NCBI RefSeq assembly: GCF_006345805.1
Contig: NC_043004.1
Location: 81,220,001-81,284,000 of the forward strand
Source of the DNA: Octopus sinensis
Taxonomy: Eukaryota
DNA: 64,000 bases
Reading direction: 5' to 3'
Shown here: positions 12,480 through 24,238 of the stretch, one piece after another
Numbering within the stretch: position 1 is the first letter of the stretch
Layout of the letters: the number at the start of each line of letters is the position of its first letter
The notes under the pieces: model-generated
Told to the model about the DNA's origin: nothing
What the model saw: the letters and a program-made list of their open reading frames with translations, nothing else
Databases searched by the model: none
Position numbers and translations under genes: made by a program

Positions 12480-12612
12480 ATTTATTTTATAGAAGGAGCT
12501 TCTATAGGACTAGAACTGTTTCATTCAAATGAAATCATCAGGTAGCATCCTGATGATTTCATTTGAATAAAACAGTTCTAGTCCCTGTAGAAGCTCCTTC
12601 TATAAAATAAAT
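12480..12612. repeat. Near-perfect 63-bp-arm palindrome with HHR-like cores in both arms
   Basis: The arms differ by 2 substitutions and 1 indel; 6-nt loop TAGCAT. Each arm reads CCTGATGA-TTTCATTTGAAT-(G/A)AAAC. Confidence 0.85.
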
Positions 12613-12676
12613 AATTTACTCTGCTATGTATTGAGTACCTTATTTACTGTGGTTAACCCCGACTCAACCCGGGACC

Positions 12677-12823
<147 letters not shown>

Positions 12824-12968
12824 ACATGTATATCTATCTATCTATATTTGCTAACAGTTTGACTCAGCTCCACATTTTAAAGATATATGTAATTCGTATC
12901 AAATTGCGTTAATACTTTCGTTTGTTCACTAACTTGTACACATAGACACACACACACACACTCACACA

Positions 12969-13029
<61 letters not shown>

Positions 13030-13429
13030 ATACATACTCCAAGCCTGACTCGTTGACACTTGAAATGCAAAAAAAGCAGAAAAAAAAAACGTTTTGCATG
13101 ATCCGCCGTTAAGATCTGATAAGATTCGATAAATAAAAGTAAAAAAAACCAAAACAAACTAACAATCAAACAAAACAAAAAAAAACTAGAAAATTTATAA
13201 TAATAAAATAAATATATAAATAATAATAATAATAATAAAACTCCGGTGCGTATAAAATAATGTAGAATGCAAAATATAGACCGTGAGAAAAGTCGAACCA
13301 GCTGCCTCTCCTTATTCGTTCGTTGAAAATCCTTTTATTAATGGCTGTGTAATAAACAGATATATGTACTCCATTGTTAAGATGGCGGTTTTATAGGTAA
13401 GAACATAATGATATTAATGACGGCTATTG

Positions 13430-14615
13430 TTGCAGTTAGTCATGTTGTTGCTGTTGGTGGTGGTAGTGATGCTGGTGGTAGTGATGCTGGTGATGGCGGC
13501 GGCGGCGGCGGTTGTGGTGGTGGCGGCGGTGGTGGTGGATGTGATGGTGGCGTGGTGGTGGTGGTGGTGTGATGGTGGTGGTGGCAGTGTGGTGGTGATA
13601 GTTGTGTTGGTGGTGGTAGTGGTGGATATGATGGTGGTGGTGGTGGCGGTGGTTGTAATGTGGCGGCGGCGGTGGGGAAGTGGTGGTGGTGGTGGTGGTG
13701 GTGGTGGTGGATGTGATGGTGGCGTGGTGGTGGTGGTGGTGTGATGGGGGTGTGGCAGTGTGGTGGTGATAGTTGTGTTGGTGGTGGTAGTGGTGGATAT
13801 GATGGTGGTGGTGGTGGTTGTAGTGTGGCGGCGGCGGTGGGGAAAGTGGTGGTGGTGGTGGTGGTGATGGCTGTGTTAGTGATGATGGTATTGGTGGTGG
13901 GGTAGGTGATGGCGGTGGTGGCGGTGGTTGTGAATGTGGTGGTGGTGGTGGTGATGGTAGTGTGGAGTTGATGTTGACGTTGGTTATGATGATGGCGGTG
14001 TTAGCAACGGTGGTGGTAAGGGTGGTAGTGTGATGGTAGTGATGGTGGTGGTGGTGGTGGTGGTAGTGTTGGTAGTAGATGTAGTTGTGGTTGTGGTAGT
14101 TGTAGTGGTTACAGTAGTGGTGGAGTTGATGTTGACGTTGGTTATGATGATGGCGGTGTTAGCAACGGTGGTGGTAAGGGTGGTAGTGTGATGGTAGTGA
14201 TGGTGGTGGCGTTGACGGCATGACTCTAAGTCGCATATAATGATAGTGGCGGTGGTATAGGTGGTGGTGGTGATGGCAATGGTGGTGGTATAAGTGAGGG
14301 TGGTGTAGGTGATAGTGAAGGTGATAGGTGATGGTGGTGATGGTGGCGGCGGTGCTACAACTGTTTTTCCATGATTTGTAGTGGTGATAGCGAGTATGAC
14401 GGTAGCACTGGTAGTGGCCGTGGTGGTAGCATTAATAGGACTACCATTGGTGATGGTGGTGGGGGTGACGATGGTAGTGGTGGTGGTGGCAGTGATGGTG
14501 GTACTTTTGCGTTATTGGTGATGGCATTAATCGTAGTGGTGACAACGGTGGTGATGAGAATGGATGGCAGTAGCTGTTTGCTAGTGGTGCTGATGGTGTT
14601 GGTGGTGGTGAAGTA

Positions 14616-14660
<45 letters not shown>

Positions 14661-14684
14661 ATGGTGGTGGTGGTGGTGGTGGTG

Positions 14685-14741
<57 letters not shown>

Positions 14742-14800
14742 ATGGTGGTGGTGGTGGTGGTGGTGGTGGGTGGTGGTGGTGGTATATCGGTGGTAATAGT
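13430..14800. repeat. GGT/GTA-rich low-complexity tract with higher-order duplications
   Basis: Blocks of ~170 bp (13530-13860) and ~160 bp (13960-14210) are repeated inside a triplet array. Confidence 0.85.
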
Positions 14801-16037
14801 GGTGGTGGTTCTTGTTGATAGATCCCACGTGTGTGAGAAATAGACTGAAATCCGTTGAGAATTTCCAGTCTTCGTCCTTAACAGCTGTAAATGTTGATAT
14901 GTATAGATTTATACACACACACACACACGCACACACACACACACAATTAGCCGCATTGTACACAAATAAACACACAGAGACACACGCGTACTCGCACACA
15001 CACAAAGACACACCACACATACACGCTCACACAAACAAACGAACATACATGAACAGACGCATGCATAAAGTACGTATATACAGAAACTGGTGCGTATTTG
15101 CATACACGCGCTCCCGCTTTCTACCATTAAACATCGCTGCTTTGGTCATACTGGAGCATCACACATACACACGCACGCGCACACGAACTCACATACACCG
15201 GTTGCATCACCAGGAGCCCAGGCGCGCATACCTCTCGATATTTGATGAGATGGACCTGTTCTACGCCTCTTGAAGCTTGAGGTCATACGAAATTGAATAA
15301 AATTATTGAAAATATTTGAATTAAAAAATATGTATAACTTCTACTAAATGTGTTGAGGGCTACTTTCGTTTTCGTTTGTCCACCCTATCGTGTGTGTGTG
15401 TGTGTGTGTGTGTGTTTGTGTTAGCGTGTGTGTGCATAATTTAAACAAATTTGGAGTCAACACGAAGGAGTACGGTTGGACATTTATTTTTCAATCACTA
15501 CAATTGTTTCCACGCAACGTAGTTCTCTACGCGCGCAGATATTTGATTATGTAACCGTTTCCCTGCATTATGAGATCTAGTTGTGCTTCCTCAGGCGATA
15601 TGATATATTTTGCCAACGGTCCATTAGCAACCGTACATCTTTGATGAACGCAGTGGTGAAATCTGAAGGTGGACGGGCTTTATACTGTACTAGTCTACGT
15701 TCTTAACAGAATGTACCATAACTACACACACATGCACACACACATCGAATGCTTATTGAGATCCTCCCAAGTAAAACAGGAATCAAAGGGCTCCATAGGT
15801 AAAAAAAACAAAAATGGTTGAGAACCACTGATCCTCGCCGCTTGGCAACCGGAGTTGGTTTGTTCATATCCCCGTAACTTATTGGTTGGGCAAACGAGAC
15901 CCATAGAATAAGTACCTGGTCTTTTAAAAAATAAGTACTAATCTCGATTCGTCTGACTAAAAATTCTTCCAGGCCAGTGCCCCAGCGTGGCCACAGTCTA
16001 ATGACTGAAACAATAAAAAGTAATAAAAAGAAGTAAA

Positions 16038-16235
16038 CAGGAGTGGCTGTGTGGTAAGTAGCTTGTTTACCAACCACATGGTTCCGGGTTCAGTCCCACT
16101 GCGTGGCACCTTGGGCAAGTGTCTTCTACTATAGCCTCGGGCCGACCAAAGCCTTGTGAATGGATTTGGTAGACGGAAACTGAAAGAAGCTCGTCGTTAT
16201 ATATGTATATATATATATATTATATATATATATAT

Positions 16236-16267
<32 letters not shown>

Positions 16268-16463
16268 GTGGTTGTCCCCTCCCAACATCGCTTGACAACC
16301 GATGCTGGTGTGTTTATGTCCCCGTTACTTAGCGGTTCGGCAAAGAGACCGATAGAATAAGTACTGGGCTTACAAAGAATAAGACCCGGGGTCGAGTTGA
16401 TCGTTAAAGGCGGTGCTCCAGCATGGCCGCAGTCAAATGACTGAAACAAGTAAAAGAGTAAAG
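16038..16463 (+). mobile_element. SINE family A, full length
   Basis: A box TGGCTGTGTGG, B box GGTTCAGTCCC, full body and tail. Confidence 0.9.
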
Positions 16464-16872
16464 GAGAGTATATATATAATATATTATATATATAATATAT
16501 ATATATATATATTATATATATATATACAACACAAAAACACACACACACACATATATATATACATACAAGCGTGCAATGTGGTAAAACGTTTGCTTTGGAA
16601 CAACCACATGCTTCTGGGTTCAATCTCACTGCGTGACACCTTGCGAGAGTGTGTTCTATTATAGCCTGACGCTGTCCAAAATCCTTGTGAATAGATTTGG
16701 TTGACGGAAACTAGAAGAAGGCCGAATGATGTCACGCTGTGGTATCGAACCAAGAATCCGGTGAGGAGATAACACTTAATATAGGGAGAGGTTACGAAAA
16801 AACAAAAGACGAAGGCAGGTGGTGTACAAAACAAACAGATGTATTAGTATAACGCTCAGGAATAGAAAACGT

Positions 16873-16908
16873 TTTTTACGTTTCGACCCTACGCTCTTCT
16901 GCAGAAAG
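16873..16908 (-). ncRNA. Degenerate HHR-like motif (CUGCAGA core), family of 12327-12362
   Basis: CUUU-CUGCAGA-A-GAGC-GUAG-GGUC-GAAAC-GUA-AAAA. Confidence 0.5.
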
Positions 16909-17288
16909 AGACACAGAAAAAACAAGGAGAGAAACAAGGAGAGAAAAAAATGTGTGCAGTGGCTAACGATCTATCATGTATCCTCTTTGTCTCTGTCTTT
17001 CTTTCTATTTTGTGTGTGTTTGTGTGTGTGTGTTTGTGTTGATGCGCATGTATGTATGTCTGAGTGTATATAAAGTAGGAGTTTATTAATACTACGGATA
17101 GATTAAGACTTCGACACATAACAAGGGTATATCCAACCCATACGTACGTACATACATACATACATACACAAATACATACAACCACACGCACACACACACA
17201 CTTTGTATTTATCTCTTGTGTGTAGGTTATTTGCACCGTTGGTGACGTCCTGTACCCCTATAAATGCATGTATACATGCATGCTGATA

Positions 17289-17323
<35 letters not shown>

Positions 17324-17391
17324 CAAGGTGCTTATAAAAATAAGCAACAAGGATATCCGGATACCCCCTGGATATCCTTGTACCTTACTTC

Positions 17392-17431
<40 letters not shown>

Positions 17432-17446
17432 CTATATATAATATAA

Positions 17447-17520
<74 letters not shown>

Positions 17521-17525
17521 GACTA

Positions 17526-17740
17526 GGGCGGCGAGCTGGCAGAATCGTTAGTACGCCGGGCGAAGCGCTTAGCGTTATTTTGTCTGCTGCTACATTATGA
17601 GTTCTACTTCCGCGGAGGTCGATTTTGCCTCTCATCCTTTCGGGATCGATAGATCAAGTACCAGTTACATACTGAGGATCAATGTTATCGACTAGTCCCC
17701 TCCTCAAAAATTTCGGGCCTTGTGCCTTTAGTAGAAAGGA
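17526..17740 (+). mobile_element. SINE family B with TGCCTTTAGTAGAAAGG-type tail
   Basis: Head GGCGGCGAGCTGGCAGAATCG, Meta-like core, tail CCTTGTGCCTTTAGTAGAAAGG. Confidence 0.8.
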
Positions 17741-17956
17741 TATATATGTATATATAATGGCATACACAAACATAGTACATAACATATATATGGCCATACA
17801 GAACATTATCCAACACAGTATAACATACATACAGATAGACCTATATAACATATCACATCTTAGCAACAAAGCTTATCACACCTATATAACATATATACAG
17901 ACATACATATAGCGTATCATAGCACTATATAACCCATACACACACACATACATATG

Positions 17957-18016
<60 letters not shown>

Positions 18017-19014
18017 AAGTAAAGTGATAAAGAAGTAGCATGGGTAATAGTTACCATTGTACAGATGTTGGAGCTGCATTTCATCAAATCCACTCCGTGA
18101 CAGGAGAGGTCGAGTAGGGGAGTCAACTCCCGAACCTCAAATGTTAAAAAGTCCGTTTTTGTTTTGATTATTGCCTCAAACATTACAATATATGACAGGC
18201 TTTCAATTATTTTCCAGGATTATGACGAAAAAAAAAAAATGAAAAAAAAAAAAAGAAAGAAAAATACTATAAATAAATATAAACAAAAAAAAAACATGCA
18301 GAAATAATAGTAATAAAAAATTCGGCCAAGAAAAGATCTTTCTTAAACTGCAACACCATCGGCGCACCACCTTTTATCATCACTATCACCTCCTTTTTCG
18401 CCGCCGCCGCCGCCATCACCAACACCACCATCATCGTTATCATCATCATCATCATCATCCCATACCACCACCACCACCACCACCACCACCACGTTCTAAG
18501 ACAACATAACAAGAAGACAAAACTCAAGAATTTTCATCCATTTGATATTCGAAGAATAGTTTATTTCACTTGGGAGGTATTTCGTTTCGTTTCTTTCTTT
18601 CCTTTCCTCTTTTTTTTTTTTCTTGTTTCTTCTTTTCTGCTCTTATCCGTTTCGTTTTCGTCTTCATTTCCGAGTTGTATCAATGAAAGAAGATGTGAGA
18701 ACGAGACACTTTACGAAGCTGGACAACTGATGAAAGTGGCGGCGCTGCAGCGGTGCTGTAGCGGAGTGCGGCCAATTTCTTCTCGTTTCCGATCTGTCCA
18801 TGTTTGTTTTGACCCGTCTGATCCAATGTATCTGTATTTATTTACAATATCACACCCATATCGATAATCACCGCTGAGAGCAAACACTTGTCAATGAGCG
18901 ATCCCTTACGCGGTTACCCGACCTGCCGAAATAGCAGCTAAATCTCTCAAATCGCACTCTAATCCAATGGTCTGAGCTCCGTCTTGAACGGTTTTGTCCA
19001 ATAGTTCTCAACAG

Positions 19015-19452
19015 GGATCTTTTCGGTTTGAACGGCAGTTTTTAACATAATTTCCACGTAACTAAACACTTTTAAACTTCGTATACTGGTAGAATGTGTT
19101 TATAAAACATCTTTTTCTTTTGGCTTTATTGAGAAAATTCTATAGTTTGTAAGATATTTGTTGTTTTTTTTCTTCAATTTCTACAATTTCAACCAATTAA
19201 TGACATCTATTTGAGGTGAAAACATTCTGTGCCGTATGAATATGTCCCTCGTTTAAGAAATAGATTGGGTTTATTTACATTTCTGAAGAAAAAAGATATC
19301 CTTCCCCCCACCCCTAATCCTAAACCTAACCCTAACTAACCCTAACCCTAAAACAGATTGAAATGCAATAGATCGATACTAGGGACATAATTATGGCTGA
19401 CAATTTCATATGACACCGCTAGAAAAAACTGCCGTTCAAACCGAAAAGATCC
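19015..19452 (+). mobile_element. GG-ended MITE with 8-bp TSD (Merlin-like)
   Basis: TIR GGATCTTTT(T)CGGTTTGAACGGCAGTTTT; TSD CTCAACAG at 19007-19014 and 19453-19460; internal TAACCC-like run. Confidence 0.85.
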
Positions 19453-19559
19453 CTCAACAGTTCTCTAACCTATAGACTTGTTCGATTCCTTCTTTACGCA
19501 AGCAGACCCTCATGGTCATTCCATGTTTAATAAAATCCAGCAGTACCTTTATAATTAAA

Positions 19560-20107
19560 TATCCCTTTCAACTATAGGTGCGAGGTTTGAAATTTTCGGG
19601 GAGCGAGTAAGTCGATTACACGGACACGGTTCTTTTTTTATTGACTTGGAAAGTATGAAAGGCGGAGTCAACCTCGGCGGCGGAATTTGAAATCAGAACT
19701 AGACGACGGACGAAATGCTGCTAAGCATTTTGCCCGGCCTGATTCTATAAGGCGGCGAGCTGGCAGAATCGTTAGCGGGCCGAGCGAAATGCTTAGCGGT
19801 ATTTCGCCCATCGCTACGTTCTGAGTTCAAATTCCGCCGAGGTCGACTTTGCCCTTCATCCTTTCGGGTGTCGATAAATTAAGTACCAGTTACGTAATGG
19901 TGTCGATCTAATCGACTGGTCCCCCTTCTCCCAAATTTCAGGCATTGTGCCTATAGTAGATAGGCTTATTTTATCGCCCCACCCCACCCCACAAAGGATG
20001 AGAGGCAGCGTCGACTTCGGTGGAATTTGAACTCAGAACTTGACACGGACGAAAGGCCGCTAGGTATTTTGTCCAGCATGATAATAATTTTACTAGCCCG
20101 TCGCCTT
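19560..20107. mobile_element. Cluster of three SINE family B copies (-, +, -)
   Basis: Copies at ~19560-19745 (-), ~19748-19965 (+) and ~19970-20107 (-). Confidence 0.8.
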
Positions 20108-20167
20108 AATTTTTCGTATTTTTATAATTACAATTACCATGAATTGTATAAAAAAATTATTAAAATA

Positions 20168-20295
20168 TTGTGCGCAGGACCACATGGCTCCGGGTCCAGT
20201 CCTACTGCGTGGCACCTTGGGCGTCTTCTACTATAGCCTCGTGCCGACCAAAGCTTTGTGAGTGGATTAAGTAGACCGAAACTGAAATAAGCCCG

Positions 20296-20342
<47 letters not shown>

Positions 20343-20357
20343 CATATACATATATAT

Positions 20358-20390
<33 letters not shown>

Positions 20391-20527
20391 AGAAGCCCGT
20401 CATTTATGTATATATATATATGTGTGTGTGTGTGTGCTTCTGTGTGTCTGTGTTTGTCCCCCTCTCCACTACCTAACAATCGGAGTTAGTGTGTTTATGT
20501 CCTCGTAACTTAGCGGTTCGGCGAAAG
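20168..20527 (+). mobile_element. SINE family A (diverged)
   Basis: Head and body motifs; 3' truncated. Confidence 0.75.
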
Positions 20528-20592
20528 ATAGGGACAGAATACATACCAGGCGTAAAACTGATATATATATATATATATAAATTAATATATAT

Positions 20593-20811
20593 ACACCAGA
20601 GTAAGCACATAAATGCGAAACAAGGTGGAAAAAAACAGTACTCGAATACCAGAGGTGGAGTAATATGCTTTATTAAAAAGCAGCAAAAATATCTCAAAAT
20701 CTGTTACTCAGAGTTTCACGTTCCCGTTAGTTTAAACAAAACTGTCCGATGAACGGGAACTTGAAACTCTGAGTAAAAGTTTTTGTGATATTTTTGCTGC
20801 TTTTTAATAAA
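20593..20811. mobile_element. Short HHR-bearing element with an inverted partial copy (fold-back 20669-20811)
   Basis: 20669-20728 is the reverse complement of 20752-20811; flanked by (TA)n. Confidence 0.75.
20738..20783 (+). ncRNA. CCGAUGA-core hammerhead motif (2 mismatches)
   Basis: AAAACUGU-CCGAUGA-ACG-GGAA-CUU-GAAAC-UCUGA-GUA-AAAGUUUU. Confidence 0.55.
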
Positions 20812-21175
20812 TTATATATATTGGATTTTAGCGTGCATACGTATCTGTGGAAATTTCGCCTAATAACATTCATGTGACAGGTACTTCAAGAAGCGCTTGA
20901 CCGCTTAGCAAAGAGATGTCTGTGTGATTAACAGGAATTCAACGTCCGGGTCAATGTAAGTGTCTCTCTTTCTCCCTCTCTCTTTCACACACTCACACAC
21001 ACATACACATGTATAGACATATATGTACATTCATACAGACGCACACTCAAACATACACACGCTCACACAGATACAAATACACACACACGCTCAATTCAAA
21101 TAAACGAATATTAAAACTAACAATGACAAGCAGCAAGAGGAATTATTAGTTTGACGCTGAGTAAAAACAGAGAGT

Positions 21176-21210
21176 TTTTGACGTTTCGAGCATTGCGCTT
21201 CGTCTGAAAG
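21176..21210 (-). ncRNA. Degenerate minimal HHR-like motif
   Basis: CUUU-CAGACGA-A-GCGC-AAU-GCUC-GAAAC-GUC-AAAA. Confidence 0.45.
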
Positions 21211-21992
21211 GAAAAAGGATAAGATTCCAAAGAGGGGGGAAAATCACCAACAGCACGTATGTAAATTATACAGAATACATGTATGTATTCTTTATATGGA
21301 AAGATAACTATTATTTGGATTTCAGCGGTAATTTTTTAATTTTTTTTATTTTTCCAGTTTCAGCTAATGAGCTGTGGCCATGCTGGGGCACGTTAAGATT
21401 CAAAGTTAACAAAAGCGAAAAAGACAAATGAAAAAAAAAATGTATCACTTTTATTTCCGGTCCACGTTATATATGTCAAAAGGTGCTGTCATGAAATTGA
21501 CCGATATTACTGAACAGTAGTATGACGTGGTTTCCTATCCGTTAGTGATGTTTTCTGTCTCGCGGGCGGGGCACTTCACTCTCCCTTTCTCACACATCTG
21601 TCAATCAGACAAGCGACAAAAGAGTAGTGTTAGTGAGTACCAAACAATCTTGCATATGAATTAATGAATTTCTGAATTCAAATGCCGTGTAGGTCGACTT
21701 TATCTTTCATCCTTTTGGAGCCGATAAAATAAGTACCAGTTGAACACTGGGGTCAGCGTAATTGACTTTTCCCTCCATTTATAATTGCTGGACGTGCGCC
21801 AATATTTGCAACCATATTAACGTAGGTGCAGACGTGACTGTGTGGCAAGAAGCTTGCTTCCCAATCATATGGATCCGGGTTCAGTCCCACTGCGTGGCAC
21901 CTTGAGTAAGTGGCTGCTACTATAGCCTCGGGCAGACTTGGCCTTGTGAGTAGATTTGGTAGATTTGGTAGACGGAAACTGAAAGAAGCTCG

Positions 21993-22032
<40 letters not shown>

Positions 22033-22319
22033 TATATTGTCATCAAAAAAGGGGGTAGAATTAATTAATTGTTAATAAATTCGACCAGCAGTATTCGGTA
22101 TGTAAAGACCATTTACGGTGTATTTGAAGTATTAATTTATAAAAATATGGTAAAGTAAAAAAATTCACTTTACCACACACCGAACTTTTCAGAAATAGCA
22201 GCCAAAAACATGGCTATTTCCTCAACTGCAAATAAAAGTCTCCAGACAATGCATACTCAGAAAATAACTCACATAGGTATAAGGGAAAAACAATGAAAGA
22301 TCACATCCATATACGATAC

Positions 22320-22380
22320 CCGAGGACAGTCTGTTTCTGGATTTGTGGGTTAAAACGCCACTTTTCCTTCATCAGCTCAG
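22320..22380 (-). ncRNA. Type I hammerhead ribozyme, unit 1
   Basis: Stem I CUGAG/CUCGG; CUGAUGA; stem II GGA-AAA-GUGG..CCAC-AAA-UCC; GAA-ACAG-A-CUGU-C. Predicted cut after GUC (22325/22324). Confidence 0.75.
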
Positions 22381-22879
22381 AGATTTCTTCTGATTTAGAT
22401 TTGAAAATACTAAGAATCAAACATACCCGTCCGATATCTGTAACATCGGACAAACCATGCCAGACACCCAGTACTAGCGAATCAAAAATACGAATGAGAT
22501 CTATTATTCTCCCTGTCCACCCACGTGAGTCATAGAGCATTACATTTCTACAGAGGCAAAAACTGTAGTTCAAATTCTTGGAGAGAAAAGCATTATATTG
22601 TCATCAAAAAGGGGGTAGAATTAATTAATTGTTAATAAATTCGACCAAGCAGTATTCGGTATGTAAAGACCATTTACGTGTATTTGAAGTATTAATTTAT
22701 AAAAATATGGTAAAGTAAAAAAATTCACTTTACCACACACCGAACTTTTCAGAAATAGCAGCCAAAAATATGGCTATTTCCTCAACTGCAAATAAAAGTC
22801 TCCAGACAATGCATACTCAGAAAATAACTCACATAGGTATAAGGGAAAAACAATGAAAGATCACATCCATATACGATAC

Positions 22880-22940
22880 CCGAGGACAGTCTGTTTCTGG
22901 ATTTGTGGGTAAAAACGCCACTTTTCCTTCATCAGCTCAG
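22880..22940 (-). ncRNA. Type I hammerhead ribozyme, unit 2
   Basis: Same motif as unit 1; predicted cut 22885/22884. Confidence 0.75.
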
Positions 22941-23541
22941 AGATTTCTTCTTATTTAGATTTGAAAATACTAAGAATCAAACATACCCGTCCGATATCTG
23001 TAACATCGGACAAACCATGCCAGACACCCAGTACTAGCGAATCCAAAAATACGAATGAGATCTATTATTCTCCCTGTCCACCCACGTGAGTCATAGAGCA
23101 TTACATTTCTACAGAGGCAAAAACTGTAGTTCAAATTCTTGGAGAGAAAAGCATTATATTGTCATCAAAAAAGGGGGTAGAATTAATTAATTGTTAATAA
23201 ATTCGACCAAGCAGTATTCGGTATGTAAAGACCATTTACGGTGTATTTGAAGTATTAATTTATAAAAATATGGTAAAGTAAAAATTCACTTTACCACACA
23301 CCGAACTTTTCAGAAATAGCAGCCAAAAACATGGCTATTTCCTCAACTGCAAATAAAAGTCTCCAGACAATGCATACTCACAAGGCTATGACTCACGTGG
23401 GTGGACAGGGAGAATAATAGATCTCATTCGTATTTTTGGATTCGCTAGTACTGGGTGTCTGGCATGGTTTGTCCGATGTTACAGATATCGGACGGGTATG
23501 TTTGATTCTTAGTATTTTCAAATCTAAATCAGAAGAAATCT

Positions 23542-23601
23542 CTGAGCTGATGAAGGAAAAGTGGCGTTTTACCCACAAATCCAGAAACAGACTGTCCTCG
23601 G
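23542..23601 (+). ncRNA. Type I hammerhead ribozyme in the inverted segment
   Basis: CTGAG-CTGATGA-AGGAAAAGTGGCGTTTTACCCACAAATCCA-GAAACAGACTGTC-CTCGG. Confidence 0.75.
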
Positions 23602-23784
23602 GTATCGTATATGGATGTGATCTTTCATTGTTTTTCCCTTATACCTATGTGAGTTATTTTCTGAGTATGCATTGTCTGGAGACTTTTATTTGCAGTTGAG
23701 GAAATAGCCATGTTTTTGGCTGCTATTTCTGAAAAGTTCGGTGTGTGGTAAAGTGAATTTTTTTACTTTACCATATTTTTATAA

Positions 23785-23825
<41 letters not shown>

Positions 23826-23860
23826 ATATATACTTTATTTAAAGTAGCAGAAAATTCAAC

Positions 23861-23907
23861 AAAACCTGTTACTCTGAGTTTCACGTTGCCGTTCATCGGA
23901 CAGTTTT
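23861..23907 (-). ncRNA. Well-formed minimal hammerhead with CCGAUGA (U4C) core
   Basis: AAAACUGU-CCGAUGA-ACG-GCAA-CGU-GAA-ACUC-A-GAGU-A-ACAGGUUUU; all three stems pair. Confidence 0.7.
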
Positions 23908-23909
23908 TG

Positions 23910-23943
<34 letters not shown>

Positions 23944-23953
23944 CATACATACA

Positions 23954-24027
<74 letters not shown>

Positions 24028-24029
<2 letters not shown>

Positions 24030-24238
24030 AAATGTGACCGCGTGTGTACCGTTGGCGATTTTTTTCCTCCGTCTTCCCTTCTCTGGATCTTTCCTTTTCC
24101 TATGTTTCTGACGAAGAGCTCCGCTCGAAATGTTAAACCATCCTTCTTTTTTTCCTTCCCGAGCGTCCAATAATACTATATTTGTTTCACGCCCTCGCGT
24201 TGTTGTGTTTTCTCTTTGTGTTTTCAAGTTTACGTTTA
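24028..24238 (+). mobile_element. ~210-bp (TA)n-associated HHR-bearing element
   Basis: Matches 55712-55912 (-) along its length. Confidence 0.75.
24104..24138 (+). ncRNA. Minimal hammerhead motif
   Basis: GUUU-CUGACGA-A-GAGC-UCC-GCUC-GAAAU-GUU-AAAC (C15.2 changed to U). Confidence 0.6.

Larger units (their letters stand above)
22035..23790 (-). mobile_element. Retrozyme-like array: 561-bp units x2.4 plus an inverted 405-bp segment, flanked by (TA)n
   Basis: Units start at 22035, 22596 and 23157 (the third is truncated at 23380). 23386-23790 is the reverse complement of ~22131-22536. Each complete unit carries an HHR. Confidence 0.85.

Noticed and set aside
15236-15300. TTGATGA..CGAAA with a partial hairpin
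   Set aside because: No stem III or stem I; single copy in the window.
18725-18780. CTGATGA followed by a GC-rich hairpin
   Set aside because: No GAAA after the stem. It may be UTR-like unique DNA, but there is no supporting gene structure.
21520-21640. GC box and CRE-like motifs suggesting a promoter
   Set aside because: Short motifs expected by chance, with no downstream gene.
22180-22231. Possible second HHR in the 561-bp unit (CAGUUGA-stem-GAAAAGUU, minus strand)
   Set aside because: A 9-bp stem II is present, but there are three core deviations and a weak stem I; it could be chance.
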